A DNA stretch of 64,000 nucleotides from Klebsormidium nitens (lineage: Eukaryota; Plantae; Klebsormidiophyceae), in assembly GCA_000708835.1 (NCBI GenBank), contig DF237261.1:1-64000 (forward strand). The letters are read 5' to 3'. Shown one piece after another: positions 32,794 through 45,900 of this stretch. The position numbers and the translations under genes are program-made. Every line of letters starts with the position of its first letter. Within the stretch, counting starts at the first letter, position 1. Below the pieces are notes generated by a model. That model did no database searches, had not been told where the DNA came from, and worked only from the letters and a program-made list of their open reading frames with translations.

Positions 32794-35700
32794 GGCTGCG
32801 TGGAAGGCAAACTCGGAGTGCTTTTCAATTAAAGAGTGTATACCGCTTTCGAACCTGAACAACTTCTACATGAGACATGGGGTATGGCTTTTGAATGGAG
32901 TTGCAGCAATATCGCAAAAGGGTTGTCGGTAACTTTCAAACGTTGAAGACTTCAGTACATGCTTCCAACTAATGATTGCGAATATGGCCGTCACGTCTCG
33001 ATAAGTACACAAACTTGAAACGTAGCCTATGCATGAGCCATCAATAAGGTAATCAATACATTTGTGAGCTAGGCATGTCATGCTCGGGCCAATGCACGGC
33101 CTTCAGTATCGTGCCATGCGCCAGATGAGTCCGTGGCGCGTATTGCATGGCCAAAGGTCTTGACATCACTTTGATCGTGATCACTGTCATGCAAGGCAGC
33201 CGATACCGACGCCGTGAGTCGATGCATCGAATTCCGCAATCTAGATCATGTCTAGCCGCTGCGCTGCGGCGTCCAGGGGTACCGGTATTCTGAAACTTGA
33301 CATCCACCGTGACTGAAGTCCAAACGTTTGCTTTTGGGAAGCTTTTGGCCCTAGCTGTTGGGAGATCAGCGTCGGAATTAGCTGTCAAGCATGGGCTAGC
33401 CTAGGTACTAAAAAGAAGGATTCGTGCATTCGAAGAGTTCCGCTTCTCGATACGGTATGGCGAAACACTGCATGGGCAACTTTGAGAAAGCCAGAAGAAC
33501 CGGGAACCCTGAAGGGCATGGTCACATATGGCAGATGCGTGTAATGGACTCTCCAAGGTCTGTGGATGGTGTCAGACCAGGAGGACATAAGATCCGTCGA
33601 TCCGTTTGAGTTCATCATCCGACGGTCCTTTCGCCTTGCTTTTGGATTAGGCGTGCACACTGGCAAACAGCGCAGTGTGCACAGTGTTGTCTGCAAGCTG
33701 ATGTCAGATACATGATACCATAATCCTTAGCTCCGATTCGGCAGGGGGCCCAAGTTTACGCCGGTTTTACCCCCCTGACGATGAATGTTGCACTCAGTCA
33801 TAAGGCAGCGCCAATCACAGGCCGTCGTACGGAAAGCGAATCTTGAAAGCTAGATTTTCAATCATAACAACAGTACCGTAAAAGTCGGAGGTTGAACCTT
33901 CGAATCAGGAAGCCTGAAAGAGCCAGCTCACGGTTGCCCTGAGCAGTGAGCAACATTGAGAAATTGAAAACCAGGGCGGCGCCTCTGGCAGTAGGACACG
34001 GAGACCCTGAAAGCTACTACGCCGTACGGTATGCGTTCCTTGTAAATACGAAAACGGTGATTGCTGAACCCTGTCTGATTTGCGAAGTGTTGGCAGCAAG
34101 GGTTTTGCCCTAGCTATCAGTGTAGAAAAGTGAGACGGATTGGGAACAACAGTTGGAAACGCTGAGGTAACACGTCGTGAAGTGTTTGAGCATTTCAATC
34201 CAGCAAGGGCCAAAGGTACCTGCTGGCTGGGAAGGTGAGAGAATGCTTTTGTTGCAAAGAAATTTTGTACCGATGACGCTTTCCTGCCAGAGATTCGTTA
34301 CAGATTGTGCTTTGCCACCACTTTGCGAATGTGCTCCTACGGGTGCGTTTGGAGGGGATGCTTACGTATGGCAAGTAAGGGTGTACTCAAATCTCAGGGC
34401 AGGTCTCTGAAGATGTGTGTGAGGTATCTGGACGGCGTATGTTGCACTTGGCGGACAAACGCCAAGCCAATGGACAGGGGTGACAATGCTCGAACGTTGC
34501 TGACTGTCTTGGATGCCCACTGCTACAGAGTTGGAGTTACAGCATTCCTCCCGTACTCCAAGCATCTACACAATGCGTCGCAATGCTGTGACATTCGTCT
34601 AGTCTGCTCGAAGACAATGTGTTACAGGATGTGATACAAGAGGTCACTTTCCTCCCAACCATTTAGCTGGACCATTCCTGTAGAGGACTCTTGCTTCAAA
34701 CGAGATGGAGCTCACTTCTTTCTTTCGCTTGGCGAAAGAGCTGAGCTCGCATGTTGCATTCTGAAGACAGCTCACGTGGCTGCTAAAGGTCCCATGGCTG
34801 ACAGCTGTCGGCTTCGGAGCAGAGAAAGATGTAGAAGACACTTCCACTCGTGCTTTACATTATGGACCCTGTGCTTATTCTGGGCGTTTACAGATAGCTC
34901 TAGCGGGTTCTCCTTGTACTTGGGCTGTTCCTATACTTCGGCAATTAGCTTCTGCAACGCACTTCAAAGGCGGCCACTAACAGATAACCAGACAATGTAA
35001 TACGCTCTGGTATTGCATGTTTTTAGTAGTGGCGTGCAACCAGACTCTCAGCGAAAAGTAATACTCAGAGCTCAACCAAACATAAAGCGGTGTGGAACAA
35101 TGGTGAAGTGCATTGAAAACTCTCACCTTTTTTTCTACTGCAGATACGGCTCAACGGAATGTCCGAGGTTAAGCGGAGCTGAAACAAAGCTAGGTGGGCA
35201 TTGGCTGCGTCAAACCACACCCAGCATTGCAAAGGATGTTTTATGATGTTGGACAGATTCAGAAAGGGCACCAGTCGGCAGAGCAAAGGGCACGGCTGTT
35301 GTGGTTCTGCAGAATTAGAGACGGCGTCTCGGTGCATCTGTGGAGATTCGGCATGGTTGCGTGTTTGGCCGCAGATCTCTGATGACCACCTCAGTATCCT
35401 CTCAAGAGTGCTTCCCGCAAGACCCTTGTTCGATTTCCGTAGCTGCCTGTGAAAAAGCGCAAGCTTGGGCGTTGATTCTGAGACTGTTGTGATGAGCAAT
35501 CTGCATGTCAGGAACTCGTATCAAAAGTGTAAATCATAATCCTGCAAACATATTTGAGAGCGCAGCTGCTAAACTGGCCGTTCCCAGTTTTAGCCTCCCA
35601 ATGATTCTCTCGCCGGCAGAACTGCCAGTCACCGGGTGCGCAGCACAACTAAGGATCTCCGATGCGCTTGAAGAATTCAGGCACACCTCCAATTGGACTA

Positions 35701-35902
35701 TCTTTAGACAATTGGCCCATTTCTTTGAGTCACTCCCTCTTGCTTCTCACAGGTAGCTGCTGCCTCCGGTGTCAATCTCTTTTGAGGTTCTCTCAAGAAG
35801 ATAGACGTTTTTGGATTCAGGATAAAAAATGTCTGACGCTAATAACTTCAGAGACTTCCTTGTTAAAGGCAAAGGAAGAGCCTAGATTCTCTTTGACTCC
35901 AG

Positions 35903-38900
35903 ATTCTGCCCGAGATGGGGGCCGTAGTCATCATCGCGGTGGTGGTGCCAGTTTCTGTTATAGCGCTCCTGGTTTTCGTCGCGGTGTTTTTGGTGTGGCG
36001 GCACAAGGAGGAGACCTCGAAGACGGTGGATCACACGGCATTGGCCAAGCGGTGGTTTGTGTGGAACCAAAACCAGGATCTGCCTGTGGGGAAGAACGAA
36101 AAGCAAGGTGGGGGCTTGTAGTTTTCTGTTCTTCTCTCTTTCACTGTTATCTCCCTCTTTTTCGGTTCCTTTCCTTTTCCCTCAGGAGTTCTTGTTACCT
36201 TTTGGTGCAAGCCCCTGGTGTATTTGTTCTGATGCGCAGACTCGCCAAGGGGACTTTTGGGGCGGCCCGATGAATAGTTTCTTCAAATCTGAAGTAATTC
36301 AGGAGGGGGACCCAGGCAGTAGCGAATAAGGATACAGAAAGCAGTCGCGGGGCTATGAAGCAGCAGCCAGACTGCAAGTGAACACGTTTGCACTGTTTTT
36401 GGGGACCCCTCTCGACAATAATCAGCAGCATTTAAAGCCAGGAGAAGTGTTTTGCCCTCGTGTGCCATGCTGACGAGGAGGGATTGCTGGCTGCTCTGCT
36501 GCCACTCCGGCACGCCTGTCTTTTCGTTTTTCTTTCTCTGTGTTCCTTCTTCCACTTCTCCTCTTCATCTTCATTCACCTTCATTCTCCTCCTCTCCTTC
36601 GAGACCTCTTTCGGCTGCAAGATCCCAACAGATCGGGATACGACGTTGAGCCTGTAGCGTTCCATAGGTGCCCCTCAGCATATCGCTTTCACGAAGCCAG
36701 GTCTGCTTATTCCACTCCTTGCTTGCCAAATCTGAGGCGATCCCTCTTTGTTGCTTTCAGGGCCCTCAAAGCCCGCAGATTCAAAGCCCGCCTCCAAAGC
36801 CCCCATCCCCCTCCAATCGGTAGTCGTCACCACACCAACCGGGGGGCGAAGCGTGGGCGAAACCCTCCCCCCCCGGCCTCAAACCACCCCCCGGGACTCC
36901 CCCAGGGGCGACGGGATCCCCCGCCCGGAAGTTCTTAACCGACCAGAAATCGTTAACCGACCGGATATTGTTAACCGACCAGAAACGAGCCCCCGGGTGG
37001 GGGTGCTGCCGCGCCCGGGAATATCTCCCCAGGAGGCCGCGAATCAGTTGGCGGTCACGTCGCGGACGCCGTGGAATGCCGGGTCGGCGAGCCCCGAGTC
37101 GGTGCGGTCGCTCGGGGCGTCGTCTGCGGATGCCGGCGCGGTGGACTCGCCGTAAGTATGGAAGGAAGTCGTTGGACGTGCAGCGGAGTTGCTCTTATTT
37201 TCCGATATTTGACAAGCTCGAATCCGCTCTGGCCTTGTGTATGGCGCGTCAGTGTTGGCGTGGCTATGCGGATACAGATGACTCTGCTCTGAGAAGGAGT
37301 TTCAAGACAATCTCAATGGGCCAACAACGTCAGGTTGGATAGACTTTAACGCTTTGAGCTTCGGGGAGTTGGGAAAGCAAGACGAAAGACCCTATCCAAC
37401 TTGTCAATCGAAGCGCTAAGGCCGAGCTTCGACCCGCCTATGCGCAAAGATAAGAGTGCTGCATTCATGTTCCGAGCTAAGCACCGAGTGACTTACATTT
37501 CCCGTCGTGCAGGAGGGCGCGCATCGTCCCGCTCAATCATGGGGGAGCCACCGACTGGCTGTCAAGCCGCAGCTTCACTCTGCGGGAGATCCTGGTTGCG
37601 ACCAACTATTTCAATCCGAAGGTGAGCTTCCATCTTCTCGATCAAAGGACTTTGGGTGCAGTGACTCAAATTGAACGAGTTTGGGTACACTTTGAGTTTG
37701 AAGGACGATTGGTTACACTTTGAAAACTGCGGGCGCTCCGGTGCCGTGAGAGCTGCATGGAAGCGAAAGGAACGAATCTGTTGCCGGCTTCTCTGTGCTT
37801 TCTAGCGGGCAACGGTAGGCTCGCATCTGTCAACAATGGACTTGGGATAAGAACGCCACAATGGATCCAGCACTGGGTTTGTTATGCTTTTTCCGTACCG
37901 TTGCCTCTTTTGCATACTCTCTTGTTTGGCAGACCTTTCTCCCTACATGTGCAGTACCAATCGCTCCGTTCTTCTTCTCAGTGAACCGCAGAGATGATCA
38001 ATGGACGGGTCTCTCCGCGTGCGTTTTTCTGGCTCTGGTTCGCGCTCCATGTCTCATTCTCCCCATCTCCTTCGAAACCTCTTCCGCTTTTTCCGGCCCG
38101 CAGTTGGAGCTGGGCAGCGGCGGGTTCGGCAAGGTGTACCACGGGCAGCTGCGCGACGGCGGCACCGTCGCGATCAAGCGCATGAAGAAGGAGTCCAAGC
38201 AAGGGATGCGCGAGTTCATCAACGAAGTGCGGCTGTTGGGCAGACTGCGCCACGTGAACTTGGTCCAGCTGGTGGGATTCTGTGCGACGGAAGAGGAGCA
38301 GCTGCTGTGCTATGAGTACATGCCCAACGGAAATTTGGCGCAGCACTTGAGAGGTGGGCATTCTTTCCAAAACGTCTGGTTCTTTCCTTGTCAAGAAGGC
38401 CGGGAAAGCCAGGAAATGTAGCAATTGCATATTTAATGATATTTTGGCCCTTCTCCATCCGCCTATTCATTTTTGATGGCTATAGACGTTTTCCCGCTGA
38501 TTTGAGGGCCTCGACTTATGCCCAACGGGAACTCGGCGCAGCACTTGAGATGTGGGCGGTCGCAGTCAAAGCTGTGCGAGTTTCGATTCAGCGGATGATT
38601 GGCCAAGAATTTCAGCAACAGGCCCTATGTGTCTCCGTGTTCTTTACCTAAGTGCATTCTTGTTTACGATTCACAGCATATCGAAGACGACAACGGGAAA
38701 AGCATACCTTCTTAAAGCATACCTTCTTGAGCCTTCCTTACTCACCTTTCATCACAGCAGCCCTTAAATCGGTTCCCTTGAGATTCGGTTCTTCGCCTTT
38801 GATGGCCCGGTTTGAGAGGCAGGGCGTCCAGCCGAATGTTTCCTTGAAATGAACAGGTGTTGAGATAGAGATGTTAACTTCTGATGACGGAACGGTCAAG

Positions 38901-41551
38901 CTCCCTCCCCTTCCCCGTTACGTTGCTTGTTCTGTTCGTAACCTCTCAGATCGTGCTCAACGAAGCTTGCGGCACTCGCGGGTTTAGTCGTCCAGTATCA
39001 GATATTTTTTGCCACTCTCGAGAGTCTCTGATCGCAAGCTCTTGTCCTCCGTTTCGACTTGTGGCTTTGTGCTGGAACCGAAATCTTCTCGAAAGCCCCA
39101 GGGTGTAGAACCTCAAAATCTAAATCTTATCACTCCGCTACCAATATGACTGGGCTCTGGGAGGTCATATTTTGCTTCTTGAAGTGCCGATGTCAGGCGA
39201 GCACTGACTGCTAGTCCACCCGAAATCATACAGCAAAACCCTCACTGCTAACCCCAAATGATTTTGCCGACTGCAGGGACGAAGAAACCGCTCTCATGGC
39301 GGATGCGTCTGGAGGTGGCAATCGGCGCGGCCAAGGGCCTAGATTACCTCCACGTCATAGCAACGCCACCTGTCATCCATCGGTGAGCCCAATGGTTTAC
39401 CTGCGCAACCGGCTTGTGGCACGGGCAAAAGATGCTCGTCATTGCGGTGGTTCCTGACGTTCTTCATAAGGGACAAAGCGTGGGGAGCGATTTGTTTCCT
39501 ATTGAATTGATCCGCTCGATCTGGACGTTCTTATCTTGGGATGTTTCGTGCAAAGACAATCCGATTGAATCCGCTTTCCAAAAATTGTGCTACGCAGCGA
39601 TGCTGACTATCCCGGCAGAGATCTAAGTTGTGCCGCTTTCAATTGGTGTGGTTGACCTGATTGGGACCAGAGCCGTTGATTGACCTGTTCCTAATAAGAG
39701 CCGTTGATCAACCTTCCGCTGATCAGAGCCATTTGTCTGACCTTCTGCTCGAGCCGTCGACTGACCTTCTGCTTATAAGAGCCGTTACTTCACTGCGCAG
39801 AGACGTGAAGAGCAGCAACATCCTGTTGGACGAGGACTGGAACGCCAAGGTGGCCGACTTTGGCCTATCAAAAGCTGTACCGATGAATTCCAACATCGCC
39901 TCCAGTTCGACGTTCGTTAGGGGAACGCCCGGTACGTCGCTCCCGGCGATCCCAGATTCCTCCGTATTTTTCACCCGTTCTTTAAATTCCTAAATTCCTG
40001 TCTTTCTGCTCTGAACGCGGTTTGCTCTTTTACTCCGAGTTCGGTACCAGCTCTTCTTCAGGTCGATTGTTTCGATGCCTGACTCTCTACTCGGCTGCAC
40101 CTCGCTGTCCCGCTCGTTGCGCACCTGTCCTTGAAGGTTCACTCTCGTAACTTCCTTTCCCTCCTTTCAATAAACTCTGACTCCCGTAATCCTCTTCCTG
40201 CATCTGTCAAATCACTCGCGGCCTGTTCCCCCCTTCTGACTGTCGCATCTTCCCACAGCCAAGAGCACTGACATGTGTTTCTCCAGATACTCTTCGCTTG
40301 TCTTCCCCCGGTTGGCGGAAATCTGCGGTGCACTCCAGTCCCGCACAGGGGTGCCCTTTATAGGCTTTCTTGGCGACCGGCTTCGACCACTCGAGTCTCA
40401 CCTCCATTTCTTGTTTGCCGCAGGATATTTCGACCCCGAGTATTACGAGGGCCAGCGACTGACGGAGAAGTCGGACGTCTACGCTTTCGGTGTGGTGCTG
40501 TTGGAGATGCTGACCGGGAAGAAGCCCATAGACGAGACGCTCCCCCTTGCCGACGGCAGCCTCGCGAAATGGGTATGCTCTCGAACCGTCAAGTTCTGGC
40601 ACGGAAACTGAGAACGCGCTTGGAACCGCGCTTGAGAATGCAAACCCTTGCGTCGAAGTTGATTACGCCCTCCTTACAACCTCAAACCCCAAGATTCGAC
40701 ATCTTAAAGTGTGAACGTTTGACCCCCCAAAATGCATCAGAGGTGACTTCGCTCTCGAACTCAAACCTCTGGCCGGTTAAGCTTTTTCAGCCTCTAACTC
40801 TCGTACTGGAAATGGGTCCCCCGTTTCTTTCCACACACGTTGCGTTTTCAGTCAGACGTCCGTGTACTCGGTCTGACTCAGTAAGGCCGTGGCTTTTGGA
40901 ACCGGTCATCGCAATGGTTACACGAAGCTGTTTTGTTTGAGTTGTCCCACGCGCAAAAAGACGAGAACGTGGGCCGTTCCTGTCGCACCAGGGGCCTGTT
41001 CAATCTGGTAACTTTAATCGTACGGTCAAAAAGCTCCGATAGACTGCAGACAGAACGACGAACGGATCGCTTGGAAGGTCCTTGGGGGAAGCAAAGCAGG
41101 GTACCGAGAATAACTGAGGTTCAAAATCTCGCAGCCCATGTGAGCATAAGACTTCAAATTAGGTGAAGTAAGCTTAATGTAAAGTAAGCCGAGCAGCCTA
41201 AGACGGGCGGGGTTAGTTTGGGGTTTAGGGTGGTTACGGGTGCGGAGCGGGTGATTTTGAGGGTTAGTTTTCAATGGCAGACTAGGAGCTTTCTATACCT
41301 AGAGCTTTCTATACCTAAATTGAAGAAACATCATTTGAGCCCCCTGCGTGATTGACGTGCAGGCGCGGCCGCATTTGCGCGACCCAGAGCGCGCGGTGTC
41401 CCTGGTGGACCCGCGCATCCAGGGCAGTATGACGCGCGCATCGGTGCTCAAGTTCGCGTCGCTCGCGCTCAACTGCATCGCATTGTCGGGCGATGAGCGA
41501 CCGTCGATGAGCGAGGTCGTCCTGCGGTTGCAAGAGGCCATCGCTTCTTGA
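35903..41551 (+). CDS. RLK/Pelle-family Ser/Thr kinase (RD type) with an N-terminal transmembrane helix
   Basis: Exons 35903/35915-36107 (TM: [25 protein letters not shown]), 36761-37151, 37513-37621 ([14 protein letters not shown]), 38104-38353 ([10 protein letters not shown]...VAIKR), 39277-39382, 39801-39931 ([11 protein letters not shown]...DFGL), 40424-40572 (GYFDPEY...[13 protein letters not shown]), 41363-41551. Confidence 0.95.
39668..39790 (+). repeat. About 5 copies of a 25-28-bp minisatellite next to a kinase acceptor site
   Basis: Units begin GAGCC(G/A)T...GACCTT. Confidence 0.8.
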
Positions 41552-42917
41552 AACGATTTTCGTCGTATGTCAGTCAAATGTGTTATTGCTTTGCGGGATG
41601 GTCCGCACGAGGGGGTGAAGTTAGGGAGTGTGTATTTAAAACGTGTTTGGAAGTTTGTTGTGTTTGAGCTTAGGCCAGATGAATTGAAGCTTTCGTCGAG
41701 TGGGCGCGAGATAAAACAATCTCTTTTACTGGAGAAGTTGTGCATCAGACTAGGCAAAAGTCGATTGGGTCAAATTCTTAGAATTGTGAGCGGATCAACA
41801 TATTCTCTCAGTCAACGCTATCTTGAAGCCCGTTGATTCTAGCAAGCCCGTGGGCCGGGCTGCTTGAGCTAGTGCGTAAAGTGAGAGGTGCTGATGCGTA
41901 CGGTGTACAATCAAATCTGACGTAGTGCGTTCACAATTACGTGTTAATGGTGGGTGCCGTCACCGTGTAGTACGTAGAACGTAGATAGAGCGTGCGCGTG
42001 TTGAGTTGTGGATACAGATAGGTTAGTTGAGTAACCTCGACAATGATTTCTCTGTTCTAATTCTTTAAGCTGCAACGGGTGGGTGTTGATCTGGCACGAC
42101 CGAGGGTTCTCTTCTTTTTGGTAGATTGGATTGCTAGCTAGTAACCGTTGCATTGCTAGCTAAACATCAGGATGTCACCATCATCAACCAAGTGACTGCC
42201 CACGTGGATAAGCTCCGGCTGGGCTAGCTAGATTGAACTCATCATCGATCTGCTTTTATGAGCCCGCAATGATCCAATTGATTGTTATGGCATTCCGATT
42301 TGCGGTTAGTTGGACATGCATGTAAGGTGATCACCACAGCCCTGCAATCTCAGCAATTGTGAGCTGTAAATTTCTATACGTGGTACGAACCACAAGAATT
42401 GAATTGATCAAAATAAACCAATCACAAAAGGGTCTCATCGTCTCAGAATGCATATTTAAGAAACTGCACCGTTATAAAGATCGTCGATCATCTGATTACG
42501 TGCCGTTAGCTTGCCGCCAATTTTAGAATGTTGCATACGAGATCCGATCCTGGCCTAGATCGTCCTTATCGGAGTCCTTTCAAAAATCTTGTGCATATGG
42601 CGGTATATAGCTAGCGCTGCCGCCACTTGCAGTGATTGCATACATACTAAACTTAACTAGCATACCGTTAGCTGGAACGAGGCTGGTGGAACTTACTTAA
42701 TCATATTGTCGGATCGCAGCTCTATACCCGCAATGATCGTTGGCTTGCGCGCGGGCGGGCTCTATCGCACTATTTGAGTGGAAGCTGGCGGGATTGTGCA
42801 TTAATTTTCATATAGTACAACCCTTTCAGCAAGAAATACTAAAACTGAAAAGGAAAGTTCTAACAAATATACAAGATGAAACATTCATGCTCCCCTCAGA
42901 ATGTTTAACCCCGCAAC

Positions 42918-45900
42918 TCACACCCCCTGGTCACCGCTCTCCTTATCCCCGTCTCCATCCCCTTCCCCAAACATCTTATCCATCAGCCGGTCCGAGTTGC
43001 TCATCTGCGGCCTGACGTTTGCCCCGTGGCGCTCCGCGCTTAGATTCAACCCGTCCCCGCTCCGTGAGGCCGCCTTTTCCGCTTCCGTTTCCGTTTCCAT
43101 CTCGACGGTGAACGCCTCCATGACGAAGGAAACGAAGACATTCATGACCAAGCCTGTTCCCAGGCACATGAAGGCGAGGAAGAAGGTTCTGGCGGCGAGC
43201 GCGCGGTGGCCCAGAATGGCGTAACCCTCCATCCAATCCTGGAGGAAGTGAATCGACGGGGCACCGACCGTTAGAAACTATCACGACAGTGCAAGCATAA
43301 GGCCTGGGCACTCGTTGATTGCTTGGTTCGAGCGGCAGCTTTTCTGGATGGCGCGGCATAAAATGGATGTCAACAGCTACAAAGGGGGAAATGGATTGGG
43401 GCAAAATCCGAGCAGGAAGCTGCTCGTAGAAACGCGGCTGGAAGGGCCGTGATGGACACGCCACCCGGAGCACGAGTGTTCGCGTTACGCTCCTGTTCGC
43501 TTGTCAGCCAAAGACTTTACCTGCCAGCTGGCAGGCTACAACCGCAGGTCACTAGAGCACGAAACGCTGACGGCTTGCTGACGTCACTCACCTGCCAGTC
43601 GGCCTCCGACAACAGGTTGAAGAGTGTGACCATGCCCGTGGAGTAGTCGTTGAAGTTGTACGGCTTGTGGTCGCTCAGGGGGGTCGACTTCAGCAGCGGG
43701 TTGCTCTCGTAAACCAGCCCCCCGAAAAGATGAATTCCGAGGCTGCGGATGTGGGGGGGAAAAGTCAGGCGAGGGTGGAGAGGGGGGAAAGAAGACGGAG
43801 AATGGAAGTACAATCAGGATTTTAGGAAGAAGAATAGACCTCTGGCTACGAAAGCGGACGGAAAACCAAGATTCGAAGGGAAGAGGGTTTGGTGCTACGG
43901 CCAACTGAGACTTTGAAGGCAATGTTAAGGGTATGCAACTCGTAAATGGTACTTGCTATCGACTGACTTGCAAGACCACGCAAACGGGGGATGCTAATTG
44001 GCGTTTCACTAAGCTGGATATCCACCTCAAAAGCAGACACCTACTGACCAGCGGACCGATCTGAATGTGCAGGGAGCTTCACTTTGACGGATCTAATCTG
44101 TGCTTCGCCCACGTGATTGCATAAGATGTAAGCTTTAGGACTACTAAGCTCTAAAAAGGTGAGGCAATCAGCGAAGCTGAGGGATTGCTCGTCATGTTTG
44201 CGAACTCGTGGAGCAACCATCTAGAAAGACTCGAATGCCCGACGTGAGGGAAATGAATTGCTTCCAAACGACGTTCAAGCGTGAAGAGAACAACGGTAAA
44301 CGCCTGATAAATTAAGACGAGAATGATGAGAGAAAGAGAAAGCCGTTGAGAACTGAAACGAAGATAAGTAATGACCGAAACATCAAGAGCACATAAAGCC
44401 ACCAACGAAAACTGGACATGAAGGTCCGGGCTTACCTGTTGAAAAGCGAGACGAAGCCGAAGAGGACTCCGAAGAGGGGACCCATTGCGGGGATGAGTTT
44501 CAGGAACGTCTTAACAATTGCGCGGTACCGCTCGACGTACGTCAGCAGCCGCAGGAGCCGCAGCATACGGCCGATCAGCAAGTAGCGGATCCACTCCTGC
44601 AACACGAAAATGGCTCAGACGTCGGCGCAAGTGAAAGACCACTACCTTGAACGTTGTTTTATTCCATGAGGTGAAGACGCGGCTTTGACGCTTCTTCTAG
44701 CCTTACGTCGGTTTACCGACAATCCAGGGGGAAGTACAAGGATAGTTTGACACCGAGACCATGTACTCAAGAACAGTCAGCAGATTGCTTGGAGTAAGCG
44801 CGAAGCATTCCACTTCTGCAACAGTTCACGACTCGAGGATATGAGAACCAAGTCGCTTTTTCAAACTATGCCGCAGGACCGTGCAGCTTGAAGCAGAGCA
44901 CAAAGTGCGTTGGGGAGGAAATCCGAGCTTCTAACCATTCTGGATGATGAAGGTCCATTTCAGGTCAAGCAGCAAGCGGGCAAGCCGCACTTCGGAATTG
45001 CTTTCTGTAATGCTCCTACTATGCACGGAAAACTCAACGGCCGACGTTGATGTCGAATATCTGGGAAGTAGTTCTCTCAACGTTGATGTTAAAGTGCTGG
45101 AAAGTGGTCTTCATGAGAAGACGTCACAAAGAATCTGAAGTGAAACGAGAAACTCACAGACAGGCGGAACTGACAAGAGAGAGTCATGGACAATCAGGCT
45201 CGACCATCAAATGAACCAATACGACCCTTTCTTAAGCCTTTGTCTGGAACACCCTTCCACCGCTAGCCATGGCTTTCCTTTGCTCAATAGGGTTAGGCCT
45301 TGACCAAGCACGGCAACCTCTCAGATTTCCACCCCAAAAACAAAGAAAAAGGGAAACAGAAACAAACCCACGCCTCACCTTGTTGGCGACAGTCTGGTTC
45401 GGGTCCAGGATGAGCGCGGTCTGGCCAATCAGGATGGTCCACGTGATGAAGAAGTCGAAGCGGTTGGCGGTCTCCCGCCAATAATTGCTGAAGCCGAGAA
45501 CGCTGACCTTCAGCAGAGCCTCCAGGACGTAAATCCACCCAAACACGTACTCAATGTCCTGCCGGAGGGTCAAAAGTTAAGAAACGGGAATGAGGGGTTA
45601 AGGCTTGGGTTGTATTCAACGGTTAGAGGTAAGAGTTGGAGGGATCGCGCCAAATTGCCCAGCACTTTCATTGCAACACAAGGGAACTGGTAACTCTAGC
45701 CGGTTCATCCCACCCAAGCGCGTGCGAGAGCAAGAATTAGAGTTCAGACTTTTGGTTGAAATTTCAGACTAAGGAGAATTCTAGAGGTTTGGTCTCACAA
45801 CGTTTTCCATGCCAATCTGAGACGCCGAGAGGCGGGAAGCAGCTCTGAACGGTGTCCAGAAAGTCGCCTTCTACTGTTGAGAGCGATAGAATGATTGGCA

